A stretch of 43,620 nt of DNA from Octopus bimaculoides (taxonomy: Eukaryota): NCBI RefSeq assembly GCF_001194135.2, contig NC_068994.1, forward strand, positions 54,056,698 to 54,100,317, given 5' to 3'. The translations under genes were made by a program, and so were the position numbers. The notes under the pieces were generated by a model. It saw nothing but the letters and a program-made list of their open reading frames with translations, was not told where the DNA came from and searched no databases. This document shows positions 1 to 10,800 of the stretch, one piece after another (positions within the stretch are counted from its first letter, which is position 1; each line of letters opens with the position of its first letter).

Positions 1-2321
1 TGCACATTAGTGTTCTTGACTAAAACACTTTGTTTCATGTTGCTCCATGGGCAGGACAGTGACAGGTGTGTTGGTAGAGATGCTTTCTGGTATATCTTCT
101 AGCTCTCAGTATTCTGAGTTCAAATCCCACCTCCTACTTGGAGAAGGCAACAGGAAACCACTCCAGTATTAATCTCAAATCTAGTCATGGCAGCCGAAGT
201 TCCAGTAATCTGCTTAATGGTAGCCGGGAAGGGTGTGGGCCCTCCCAGGTCGTATAAAGAGTGCTAGAGAAGGCTCTCATGCACAGGGCCTGCCCATGTG
301 CAAACCACCACTAGACTATAGGTCTCAAGATATATATTTAAAAGCTGAGACTGCTTAATTTTGTTTTAGAGTATAACAGGGGTTTGTGTGTTAGATCCCA
401 TCAATGAAACTGTGTGTTGATGGATATGTTGTTCTTCATTGTCCATGTCACCATGAAAAAAAACAAAATTAAAATAGATAAAAAGTTCAAGAGGGAATCT
501 CTACATATCACATGACCAGCGAGGGGCTCATTCCTGTTGGGGAAATGTCTTCTAATTATAGCTTTGGACTGACCAGTCTCTTATGAGCGAATTTGGTGGA
601 TGGGAACTGTATGGAGGCCTGTCATACAGACATGCATGCACACAATACTAGTACAAAATCCTTGGCAGTCAATATCCCTTTGGATATTGTTCTTTCTTTA
701 CAATTAGCATTAACAATTAGCATTTGTTCACTATTTCATACATTATTTATCTCAGGCTACATTTTTTACTATAGTAGGATATGATTAGGGAGAAATTTGG
801 CTGCTTTTTCTACCAGATTGAACAACCCTGCAGATGTTTCATCTAAGCGTAATGACAATTGGCCTACATCAGAAATTGATATTTATAAATATATGTAAAT
901 AATGAAATATTATCTTCAAGTTCTCAAACATAAGCTTGACAGTTGGCAGACTGAGACATTGTGACCAGGTGAGGGAGAAAAAGCGAAAAGTTTAGATTTA
1001 CTTTGACAGAATTTCTATTGCTAATAAGTACATCAATGAACACCTTGTCAACTTATATACACTCACTACTCATTCCAGTATCAATCCAAGCGATAATTGC
1101 TGACAATAGAAACAAACTGGTAGAAAAGTATTGGACTTGTCCACCTCTACGTCATAGGTTCAAATCTCCTGAAGATGTTAAGGTTTTTTTTTTTAATATG
1201 AAGTAGGACGTTGTGGGTTTCTTATTCATCTGCGTAACACATCAAAGCAGGGTTAAGTTAAAACCAACAAAACTGTGGATAATGTATTAGATTGGCAACT
1301 GTTAATCTGTTGTCTGGATTGGTTGAGTATGGATTAACACTTAGAGGTCTTGGTTCGTGTAACTGTTGGAAAGTGGGGCTTGTTCTCCTGGGAATATTCT
1401 TAGACTAGGGTTTCATGTCTGTCTGGAGGAGATGTTAGTCATGGTGGGATAGGCCTGTGGGATCAACCGTCACCACTTCTTCCCGTGTCTTCCTTGGTCT
1501 TTCTCTTCTTCAAGTCCCTTCCACCTCGTTCCCTCAGAACTTATTTATACAACTGTTGTCCTACATTCAGCCACATCATGGCCTCTCTACCAGCACAGTC
1601 GTCTCCCTTGCTCACTTCATCTAATTTCTTTTGTATCCACTTTTTTTTCTTTCCTATCAGCTTTCTAGATTTATTTATTTATTTATAAAAGGTGTGCTAT
1701 CTATCTGGTTTATCAAGTTGTGTTGTTGTTGTTGAGTAGTTTTATCAACTGTAATCTTGTATGTCTTTTCGCTAGCAAGTGGATTGATGTATGCTTGTAT
1801 CAGCCACTGCTTACTGGCCAGTGAGTGTCCTAATTTTGTCTGAAGAAACTATATGTAAAAAAAAAAAAAAACGGATGTTATTATCTAGGCTAGATAATGT
1901 CTACTATTTTAGCTGTAAATTCTGCTGCTACAGAATTTACAGAAGACAGCCTTACAGCCTGTAGATATATTTCCTGAAGTCTTAATTAAACCGGTCAGTT
2001 AGTAATATTGAAAGAAAGGAAGCCAGCATAGAATTTCCTCCTTGAGTCATTAATTTCGTCTTGTTTGTGTGCAATTTCGTTCAGAGTATTTTTTCTTAAC
2101 ATTTTAGTTTTTTTGTTTGTTTTATTAGGGATTGGTGGTGGCGGTGGGTCTGTTGTTGTTGTTGAAGTATCACACACTACATATTGTATCAACTGTTTTT
2201 TCTTTTTTCTTTTGTAAATATATTTTTAAGTCAAAATTTCATCAACACTTTTGTTACCGTGTGTGTTTGCGCTATGAATGAAGCAATACCTCAATAATGC
2301 TATTGTAACAGAGATCGCCAT

Positions 2322-2523
2322 ATCATCATCATTATCGTTTAACATCCGCTTTCCATGCTGGCATGGGTTGGACGGTTTGACTGGGGTCTGGAAAGCCAGT
2401 AAGCTGCACCAGGCTCCAATCTGATCTGGCAATGTTTCTACAGCCGGATGCCCTTCCTAATGCCAACCACTCCAAGAGTGTAGTGGGTGCTTTTTATGTG
2501 CCACCGGCATAGGAGCCAGTCAG
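2322..2523 (-). mobile_element. SINE family D (GAT-repeat tail; core ggatgcccttcctaacgccaaccactccgagagtgtagtgggtgc)
   Basis: Related copies at about 2598-2826, 13499-13720, 15017-15330, 20713-20891, 38946-39085 and 42269-42390 (same orientation), and at 5409-5550 and 24660-24834 (opposite orientation). Confidence 0.85.
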
Positions 2524-3007
2524 GTGGACCAATATGCTTTGCAACCAGGTGGTCTTGGGTTCAATCTCACTGTGTTGTACCTTAGCAAGTTGTTACCATC
2601 ATCATCATCACATCATCATTTAACATCCATGCTCCATGTTGGCATGTGTTGGGTGGTTTGACAGGATCTGATGAGTCTGCACTCTGCACCAATGTCTGGT
2701 TTGGTATGGCCTCTGCAGTCGGATGCCCTTCCTAATGCCAACCCCTTTACAACATGTACTGGGTGCCTTTTCTTTTTTCTTCTTGTGACACCATCATTAG
2801 TGGGGTTGCCATGCGGCCTGCAAGACTAAGGTCCCTCTTTGACTGAGTGTGGAGAGGAGAACAGGCATCTTGCTGATGAAACGCATGGCCCCAAACAAAT
2901 GTGATGAAACCCCAGCTTCATAGCTACTCACCTTTTAGAAGAGAGGGAGGGAATGACGGCTGGGTGGGAAAAGAGGTAAAATAGTGGTGAGATGGTTAGA
3001 AATAATC

Positions 3008-3355
3008 ACATGATTCCAGGTTCAGTCCCACTGCATGGCACCTTGGGCAAGTGTCTTCTACTATAGCCCTGGGCTGACCAAAACCTTATGAGTAGATTTG
3101 GTAGATGGAAACCAATAGAAGCCCATCATGTGTATGTGTGTTTGAACTGTTGTTGTGTTTGTCCCCCACCACTGCTTGACAACTGTTGCTGTGTTTACAT
3201 ACTCGTAACTTAGCAGTTCAGCAAAAATGACTGATAGAATAAACAGCTGGCTTAAAAAAATTAGTACTGGGGTTGATTCATTCGACTAAAACTTCTTCAA
3301 GGTGGTGCTCCAGCATGGTCACAGTCTAATGACTAAAACAAAATAAAAAAAGAAT
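3008..3355 (+). mobile_element. SINE family B/C copy, CpG-decayed
   Basis: Aligns along its length with 29316-29650. Confidence 0.85.
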
Positions 3356-3945
3356 ATTTGGGTTATTCCCCTCCCTCCCCACCAGCCTCTTCCTAGTTAT
3401 TTTTGCTATGCTCCATATATGTTGTGTGTGTTAGCAACAGCAGCTTACCTGTATGTAAGATATCGTGATTGGTGGTGGGGGAGCGGAAAGGGGGATTTAA
3501 TTGGATTACTTTCAGATATAACACCAAGTAGCCTAGCCCTCCCCCCCGTATTGTTTTTGATTTTTTTTTTGTGTGTGTGTTTATTTTGTTACACATACAG
3601 AAGAAAGAATGTGGAGTTTTTTTTTATGAGGAATTTACTGAAATTAGAGAGTTTGAAAATGATACTCCAGACCAGAATTTACTACTGTTCGTGAACCTCT
3701 AGAAATGGGGACCCTGATAAGGTTTCGGATTGCCAGCTTACAGGCCCCTGTGTTTCTCCTGTGTGACTTGGATCATCTGTTGGTAAATGTTGAATCGATT
3801 GGCATCACCTGCATGCAAACATTTTTGTCTCACAGCATTAATTTAATGCTATAGAAAATGGGGTTACATTGCATTGTACAGAACCCTGTGTTTTATCAAC
3901 ATTGTTGATCTTATGTCTGTTTTTCCATGCCGGCATGGGTTAGAT

Positions 3946-4200
3946 CAGTAGTTCTCAACCAATTTTTGCATATGGACTCCTTTGATTCCTGTTTTATTCT
4001 GTTTGACCCCGCTAAACATTTCGGTGTTTATAAAAAGCCTTTTTTTCATTATAATTAAATATTAATCGCAATTGTATAAAAAGTGGTTATTAAATAGTTT
4101 GTGTTGTATAACTAATTTATTGCAGATGAATTTTAACAAAACCTCGTGTGGATCCCAAAGGGCCATATGGATCTCCAGGGTCATATGGGCCCCAGTTGAA
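3946..4200. mobile_element. hAT/Charlie (MER5-like) non-autonomous element remnant
   Basis: Left end cagtagttctcaacc resembles the CAGTGGTTCTCAAC hAT-Charlie TIR; right end ggccccagttgaa is truncated. Confidence 0.45.
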
Positions 4201-4406
4201 TCCAATAATTATCAAGTATTTTAGAAGAAAGAAAGGAAAAAAGAATGTGATTTATCTATATATATAAAACAGAGTTTGTGTGTGTGTGTGTGTGTATGTT
4301 CCTTATGGATTCGAAAACTGAGTTGCCGATTTTGACATACGAGGCATCAAAAGAGTCAGTAATTTTTCGGTTACCAAATAAAGTATCCTAGTATTATACA
4401 AATTCT

Positions 4407-4635
4407 TTAAGCCTTTTGTTGTTATATTTCTGTTGAAATACACAATTTTTATTTCAATTAATTTTGGATATAGTGAATAATTTAGTAAAATGACTTTATC
4501 ATTATTAAGCTGCCTGATTGGAGCATAATTTTGATGTAATTTTGATGTAAGGTTTTGATTTAGATCACTTAAAATTAGGACATTTGTATCACACAACCAG
4601 TGGTGGTCTCAGATGGGCTGTCATTAAAAGGGTTA
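4407..4635. mobile_element. Second putative TTAA-type MITE family
   Basis: Degenerate ends ttaagcctttt ... aaaagggttag; internal homology (atatttctgttgaaatac..caattaattttg..gaatttagtaaaat) to about 7975-8190. Confidence 0.5.
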
Positions 4636-5644
4636 GTGCAGATTTCATTGCAGTAGTTGATTCTTGTGATTGTCTGTCCCCAGGTCAGGCCTAATTGAGC
4701 ATTCCAGCCATGACCATCCTCATAGTTTTTCCAGCAATAATGTACTCTAGAATACTTTATCTTATATCTTCCTTTTAGAGACAGTGGAGTGTAGTTTGCA
4801 AGGTATTTGGCTGCTATTTCTAGCAGGTTGAGAAACCGTGTAGAGACTTACTCTCTACTTGGCTATCAGTGATCTCTGTTTGCTTGGTTTGGTTCATAGC
4901 TCTCAATTTAAGCCAGAACATACCATATATATTTATATTCCTTTCCTAAAAGACTGGGATTTATTTCTGAAACTGTGCAGTTGTGGGTGGCAAGATTAAA
5001 AGTAGCGTATCGGGCTTTGTTAACATGACAATATAAACCATCGACATCTGGCCCCAAAGGATTAATTTTGGGCAATGCAAGTTGTTACCTGTATTTATAA
5101 GGGATTCGTTTATCTGGGGTTGCTGCATAGAGAAATAAAAGAAAAGAAAGATGAAGATTAGATTTTTTTTTCCCTGTAATTTTTTCATATTGTTAAGAGG
5201 ATGAGAGAAATCTCCCTGGGATGGGACGGAGGTGTAATTTATTGCACAGGAAATTACCAGGGAAGCTTGCTGTCTGTTGTTGATGTGATATAGACAATAA
5301 AATTGTGTTTTCTAATTCTGCAAACACTTATATTAATTTCCTACAAATTACATATATGTATGTATCTATACATACATATATATATAAACGCACACACACA
5401 AAGTCCACTTTGCTGGGTGGTTGGTGTTAGGAAGGGCATCCAGCCCCCCCCCCCAAAAAAAAAATCCGTCCAAAACAGACACAGAAGTCTGGTGCAAGCT
5501 TCTGCCTGGCCAGCACTGAAGGTGGACGCTAAACAATGATGATGATGATGATATATATATATAATATACATATAAATCATTTTGTTTTATCTCATATCTC
5601 TTAAAGTTTCTAAATAAAAATAATAGTTCTTATAATGTAAACAA

Positions 5645-5654
5645 NNNNNNNNNN
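5645..5654. other. Assembly gap (10 N) flanked by an exact 159-bp duplication
   Basis: 5409-5567 is identical to 5655-5813, including homopolymer lengths. Confidence 0.95.
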
Positions 5655-5882
5655 TTTGCTGGGTGGTTGGTGTTAGGAAGGGCATCCAGCCCCCCCCCCC
5701 AAAAAAAAAATCCGTCCAAAACAGACACAGAAGTCTGGTGCAAGCTTCTGCCTGGCCAGCACTGAAGGTGGACGCTAAACAATGATGATGATGATGATAT
5801 ATATATATAATATCAAATGTGTGTAAAATATATTTGTTTTCCTTTTCTTTTTACCAGTTGTGGGTTTTGGGTATTTTTCCTT

Positions 5883-5958
5883 ATGGATCTTCAGTACCAA
5901 GTTGGCAAAGTGACTCATGTCATTGACCCCAGCAACATTTGGCTACAGCTGTCAACAG
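5883..5958 (+). CDS. Tudor/MIF4G gene, first coding exon (MDLQYQVGKVTHVIDPSNIWLQLST); acceptor at 5857 implies an upstream exon
   Basis: Polypyrimidine tract + CAG at 5855-5857, donor GTTGGT at 5959. VTHVIDPSNIWLQ matches the N-terminal strand of extended Tudor domains. The ATG choice is inferred because the frame is also open upstream to 5858. Confidence 0.8.
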
Positions 5959-7765
5959 GTTGGTCATTATTGTCTCATTTAATCTAATACCTGTTATTAT
6001 CATTGCGACTTTGTGTGTGTATGTTTGTACCTGTGTGTGTGTGCATGTATACATATATGTTTGTGTGTTCTTTGCTTAAAATCTACTTTAGTCATTTTAT
6101 CTTAAAACTTTTCTACTATAATAAGGTGAATTTAATTGAAGGAAAAAAAGTGTGTGTGTGTGTATTGATTCAACATTGGTCAGAGAACGAGAGAAATGTG
6201 TCGTCTGTTAAGTAGTAATGTTTTAGTTGTTTGTTTGTGTCTGTTTTTATTTGCTGGTAAGTCACGTGGTCTTTTAAGGCTTTAACAGGAAAAGAAAAGA
6301 GAAATAGAAATGGCTTTCTTGTGTTTGTTTTATGAAAATGAATGTCGATCGAAAGTTTGTTTAAATCAGACAACATATGTTTGTGCTACGACTTGCTTTA
6401 TTTTCATTTCTGAGTTTCTTACGTTGCTTAAATGTTTGTTTAAAAAAAATATGGAAGGATGGCATCAGTAAAAATGTATTAAATTACATTTGAGAAATGA
6501 ACTTGTTAAAACCATACATTGAATAGATCTGTCCATTGTCACGTCTTCCAAGCACCCTTGACATGGTTACTCAGCCTGCCAGAAATAAATCAAATCCTTT
6601 TTGAATCTCATCCTATTGTATGAGAGGAGGACATAACTGGGTAATGTGGTCCTCTTTTGCCTGTTTATAGGGAAAAGACTGGGTGGTCTTTGTTGGATTG
6701 CCTTTGATCATTGCTTTGCCGAATCAATGTTGGTCTGTGATGAAATTTGTTTGTCCATCATTGTTGATGACGACCAAGGATATCACACGGGGAAAGAAAG
6801 ACTAAGCATTTTGCCCAGCGTGCTAACGCTTCTGCCATATCTGTGCCTATGTATCTGATAATTGGAAATTATTTTCCTTTTGTTGATAGCCGTATGACCA
6901 AATCCTTTACACTTGGCAAGCATTTTATTAGTTTATAGAGACAAGAGTGGCCATTTGCTGGAGCTGACTTGACCATGGTGCATTAATGAGGAGATGTCCT
7001 CAGTGTTGTCTCTACAAGATTGGGAGCCACCATTATTTGCAAACATTCTAATGACTCTTTGTTGAAAAATGGTGAATCCTTATTTTGCTGAGAAAAATGA
7101 AAAACTTTGTGTCCAAAGATCTTTTGATTTCTTATGAAATTATTGATGTTCATCACCATCTTGTTTTCAGAATTTCTATTTTATATTTGGGTTTAGTGAA
7201 GTTAACGAAAATCTTCATTTTTGAAGATCTGTTATCTCTTAAGAAATCATTGAAAATTTTTGTTATCCTCTTCGTCATTTATCAAATTTCTTTGTTTTTC
7301 CAGTTGAGTTTTGCGAACTTGAAACTGACATCCAAAAGTGTTTCCACAATGAAAAACCCGCCACACAAATCGGCATGGTCCAGCCCGAGCAGTTTGTTAT
7401 TGCATATAGCTCTTCAGTTGAGAAATGGTTACGAGCTCGCATCTCAAGGGTTATGGGGTCAGTTGTCCAATTTTTTTATCCTTATCTCTTTCATTTTCTC
7501 TCTCTTCCTCTCTCTCTCACATGTAAAATACAGAGTTCACGTGTTTTTTTGAAGATCTCATTTGTAACCACATCTTGTAAACTCCATTGCTGATATCTTA
7601 TTCGTTTCTTCCAGAGAAAAAGCTGATTTATTTTACTTGGACTATGGGTTTGCTGAGCAACGACCACTCAATAGAATATCAACTGAATTTCCTCCACGTT
7701 TCAGTGAACTAAACGCCCAAGCATTGCATTGTAGATTGTATGGTATTGAACCTGTGAGTTTACAG

Positions 7766-7808
<43 letters not shown>

Positions 7809-10800
7809 AAAAAAAAATTTAATCCTGTTAGTCCCGTCAGAACTATTTTGTTTCCCATGTCTGGATACCCAACCACCAAATAATTGAACAAGTTTGTTTG
7901 TTTGATGGATTACCTGAGCGTCTGCTTGGATATCTGAGAGGCTACGAATGCTAGAAAGTACCTAATTGCTTTCAGTTAATAGTTTCAGTTGATTTTGAAA
8001 ATAATGGAGAATTTAGTTGGAATACACTGGCTTTAAAAATGAAGAATTTAGTAAAATAAACCCTTTTGTCATATTTCTGTTGAAATACATTGCCTGTGTT
8101 CCAATTAATTTTGAAAATAAGAATTTTGTGAAACAATTTTGCCATTATTAATCTGGTGTTTTGGTACATAAATTAACATGCAGTTTTGATGCTGGGAGCC
8201 AGTCAGTCTGTTTTTATGTTCTGAGTTAAAATTCCGCCGAGGTCAACTTTGCTTTTCATCCTTTCAGAGTCGATAAATTAAGTACCAGTTGCATACTGCG
8301 GTCAATCTAATCGACTGGCCCCCTCCCCAAAAATTTTGGGTCTTGTGCCTAGAGTAGAAAAGAATTGCTGTCGAGGCAAAGGCAGTGAACTGGCAGAAAC
8401 CGTAGCAAGCCAGGGGAAATGCTTAGAGGCATTTCGTCTGTCTTTACGTTCTGAGTTCAAATTCTGCCGAGGTCAACTTTGCTTTTCATCCTTTTGGAGG
8501 TGATAAATTAAGTACCAGTTGCATACTGGGGTCGATTTAATTGATTGGGCCCCCTCCCCCAAAATTTTAGGCCTTGTACCTAGAGTAGAAAAGAGTATAT
8601 AATATGGCAGAAAAGAAAATGGAATGATCAGAGTTGTGGAGTTTTGGTCTCTCTTATGCCAAAGGCCAACTAAAAAAAGACTACATCAGCAACAACAACC
8701 ACCACCATGACATTCGTAGAAATTATATTTAGTATTTTGAGTGTTACTTACATTGATTTGCTCCTTTTCATTCCAAGTGATTTGGGTTTTGTGATGTCTA
8801 ACTGTATTGTTGGTTTTCTTTCCAGCTGGCCCCACCATCATGGATAAACCGTGCCGGGAAAGTACTGAGTAATGTGGTTTCTGGACAAAATTTTTACGTA
8901 TTCTTCCATTGTTCCTCAGTTGGCAAATATGTTGTTTCACTCTACAATTAGTAAGTATTACCCCCTCCCCACCTCACCCCAACCCCAACCACTGAAACGA
9001 ATTGTTCTGTTTATAATCCTTTTGTAGTACTATTTCTAATGAAACACACGGGCGAAATGCTCAGCAGGATTTCGTCTGTCCCTGGCAACTGGTGTCTACA
9101 TATTCCTTTATTCTTTTATTCTTTTACTTGTTTCAGTCATTTGACTGTGGCCATGATGGAGCACTGCCTTTAGTTGAACAAATCGACCCCAGGACTTATT
9201 CTTTGTAAGCCTGGTACTTATTCTATTGGTCTCTTTTTCCCGAACTGCTAAGTTACGAGGTCATAAACACACCAACATTGGTTGTCAAGTGATGGTGGTG
9301 AGACAAACACAAGCACATACACAAATATATGCATATATGTATACATATGATGGGCTTCTTTCAGTTTCCGTCTACCAAATCCACTCACAATATGTTTACA
9401 CGACAGGCTTCTTTCAGTTTCCATCTACCAAATCCAATGTGCTGTAATTTCAATTGTTATATTGTTTACTGGATTTATCACATGAGTGAGACGAAATTAC
9501 TGGCAAGAGATGAGATGTGTAAACGAATCAGCTGCTCTCAACATTCTGCAAAGAGTTTTGCCACCGAAACCACTTTTTTTAAAGGGTAACGACAAAACAT
9601 TCTAGAAACTCCATCATGCTAAAACTTCATGCTGACCACGTGAAACTATTGTGGTACACTCGTGATGTCTGATCGCATATCTAATGATTTGGTTTCAAAT
9701 CACCGCTACAACCCGTTTTCAAAGAATCTTTTTAATTAAAATATTTCCTTTATTTTTATTTTTTAATTACAGTCAAACCCAGCGCAGTGTCATCCATGAA
9801 TTGTTGGAGTCTGAAGTTTGTAAAGTAAGTACTGAATTGTATTTGATTTTCCTACTTTGTGTTTTGCCATTCTTACAGCTTAGGTAAACTTAGCCAGTGC
9901 ATTTAGTCTCATAGTCAAGGACACAGTGAAACTGTTGAGAAATCAGCAATTTGTTGATTTACATGATTGTGACTCATTCAAATTATATTTCTGTGTCCTG
10001 TTGCCAACTGGATTCATTACAAAATTTTAGAGCAGAAAGTGCCTGGTCATAATTTTGCTCATTTGAACGAGACTGAATGTCTATGAATGTCTAACTTTTT
10101 ATTAACTGACATAGTTTGTTCAGATTGCATATGTTTGATAGAGTAACTCTTCCACTTTACAAAAGTTTCTACTCAACATAGTCTCTGTCACAAGTGATAC
10201 ATTTACACCATCTTTGGACCCAACTCTCAAATCTTCTTTGAAGAAAATTCAGATGTGAACTGTTGTACCCACTTCTTCATAGCTGTTTTCACCTTGTCTG
10301 TGTCATTAAATCATTATCCCTAAAGACTGTCCTTCATCAAATCAAACTGGCACCAGCTTCTGGTTGTTCAGTGGATGGGGAACCACTGACCAATGTAATT
10401 TGCTGATTGCTTGGTCTATTGACCAAGACGTATGTGGTCCTGCATTGTCCTGGTGAATGTGGATCATTGTCAGCCTCTTATTCCATCTCTTCCTCCTAAT
10501 GGCTTCTCTAAGCTTTTCAAGTGTCTCAGGGGACCACTTACTGTTCACAGGACAATCACATTCCAGGAAATCAAGTAAAAATGACCCTTGCTGTGTCTAT
10601 TATGATATCCCCTGACCATTACTGTGTCCATTATGGTCAGCTAGAGTGTGATGCTAAGTGTAATTTATTCTTTCAGCCTGATGGGGAAGTTCCTATTGCA
10701 GAATATATTGCCTCTCCATCTAGTAAGTATCATTTTTACTTTTTCAGTCATGCTCTATTTTTGTCAATTTTCACTTCACTGATTTTGCATTTTTCATTTC

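Noticed and set aside
1003-1206. ORF or exon upstream of the Tudor gene
   Set aside because: The 3' part looks like a SINE B-box fragment (ggttcaaatc), the donor is weak and there is no recognisable protein.
1780-1852. Penelope-type hammerhead (gtc...ctgaaga)
   Set aside because: Only half a core is present, with no stem II or GAAA after CTGAAGA; at most a dead remnant, and the family call is from memory only.
2872-2925. Hammerhead ribozyme (CTGATGA ... GAAA)
   Set aside because: Stem II is mismatched next to the core, and no stem III or NUH cleavage site can be formed.
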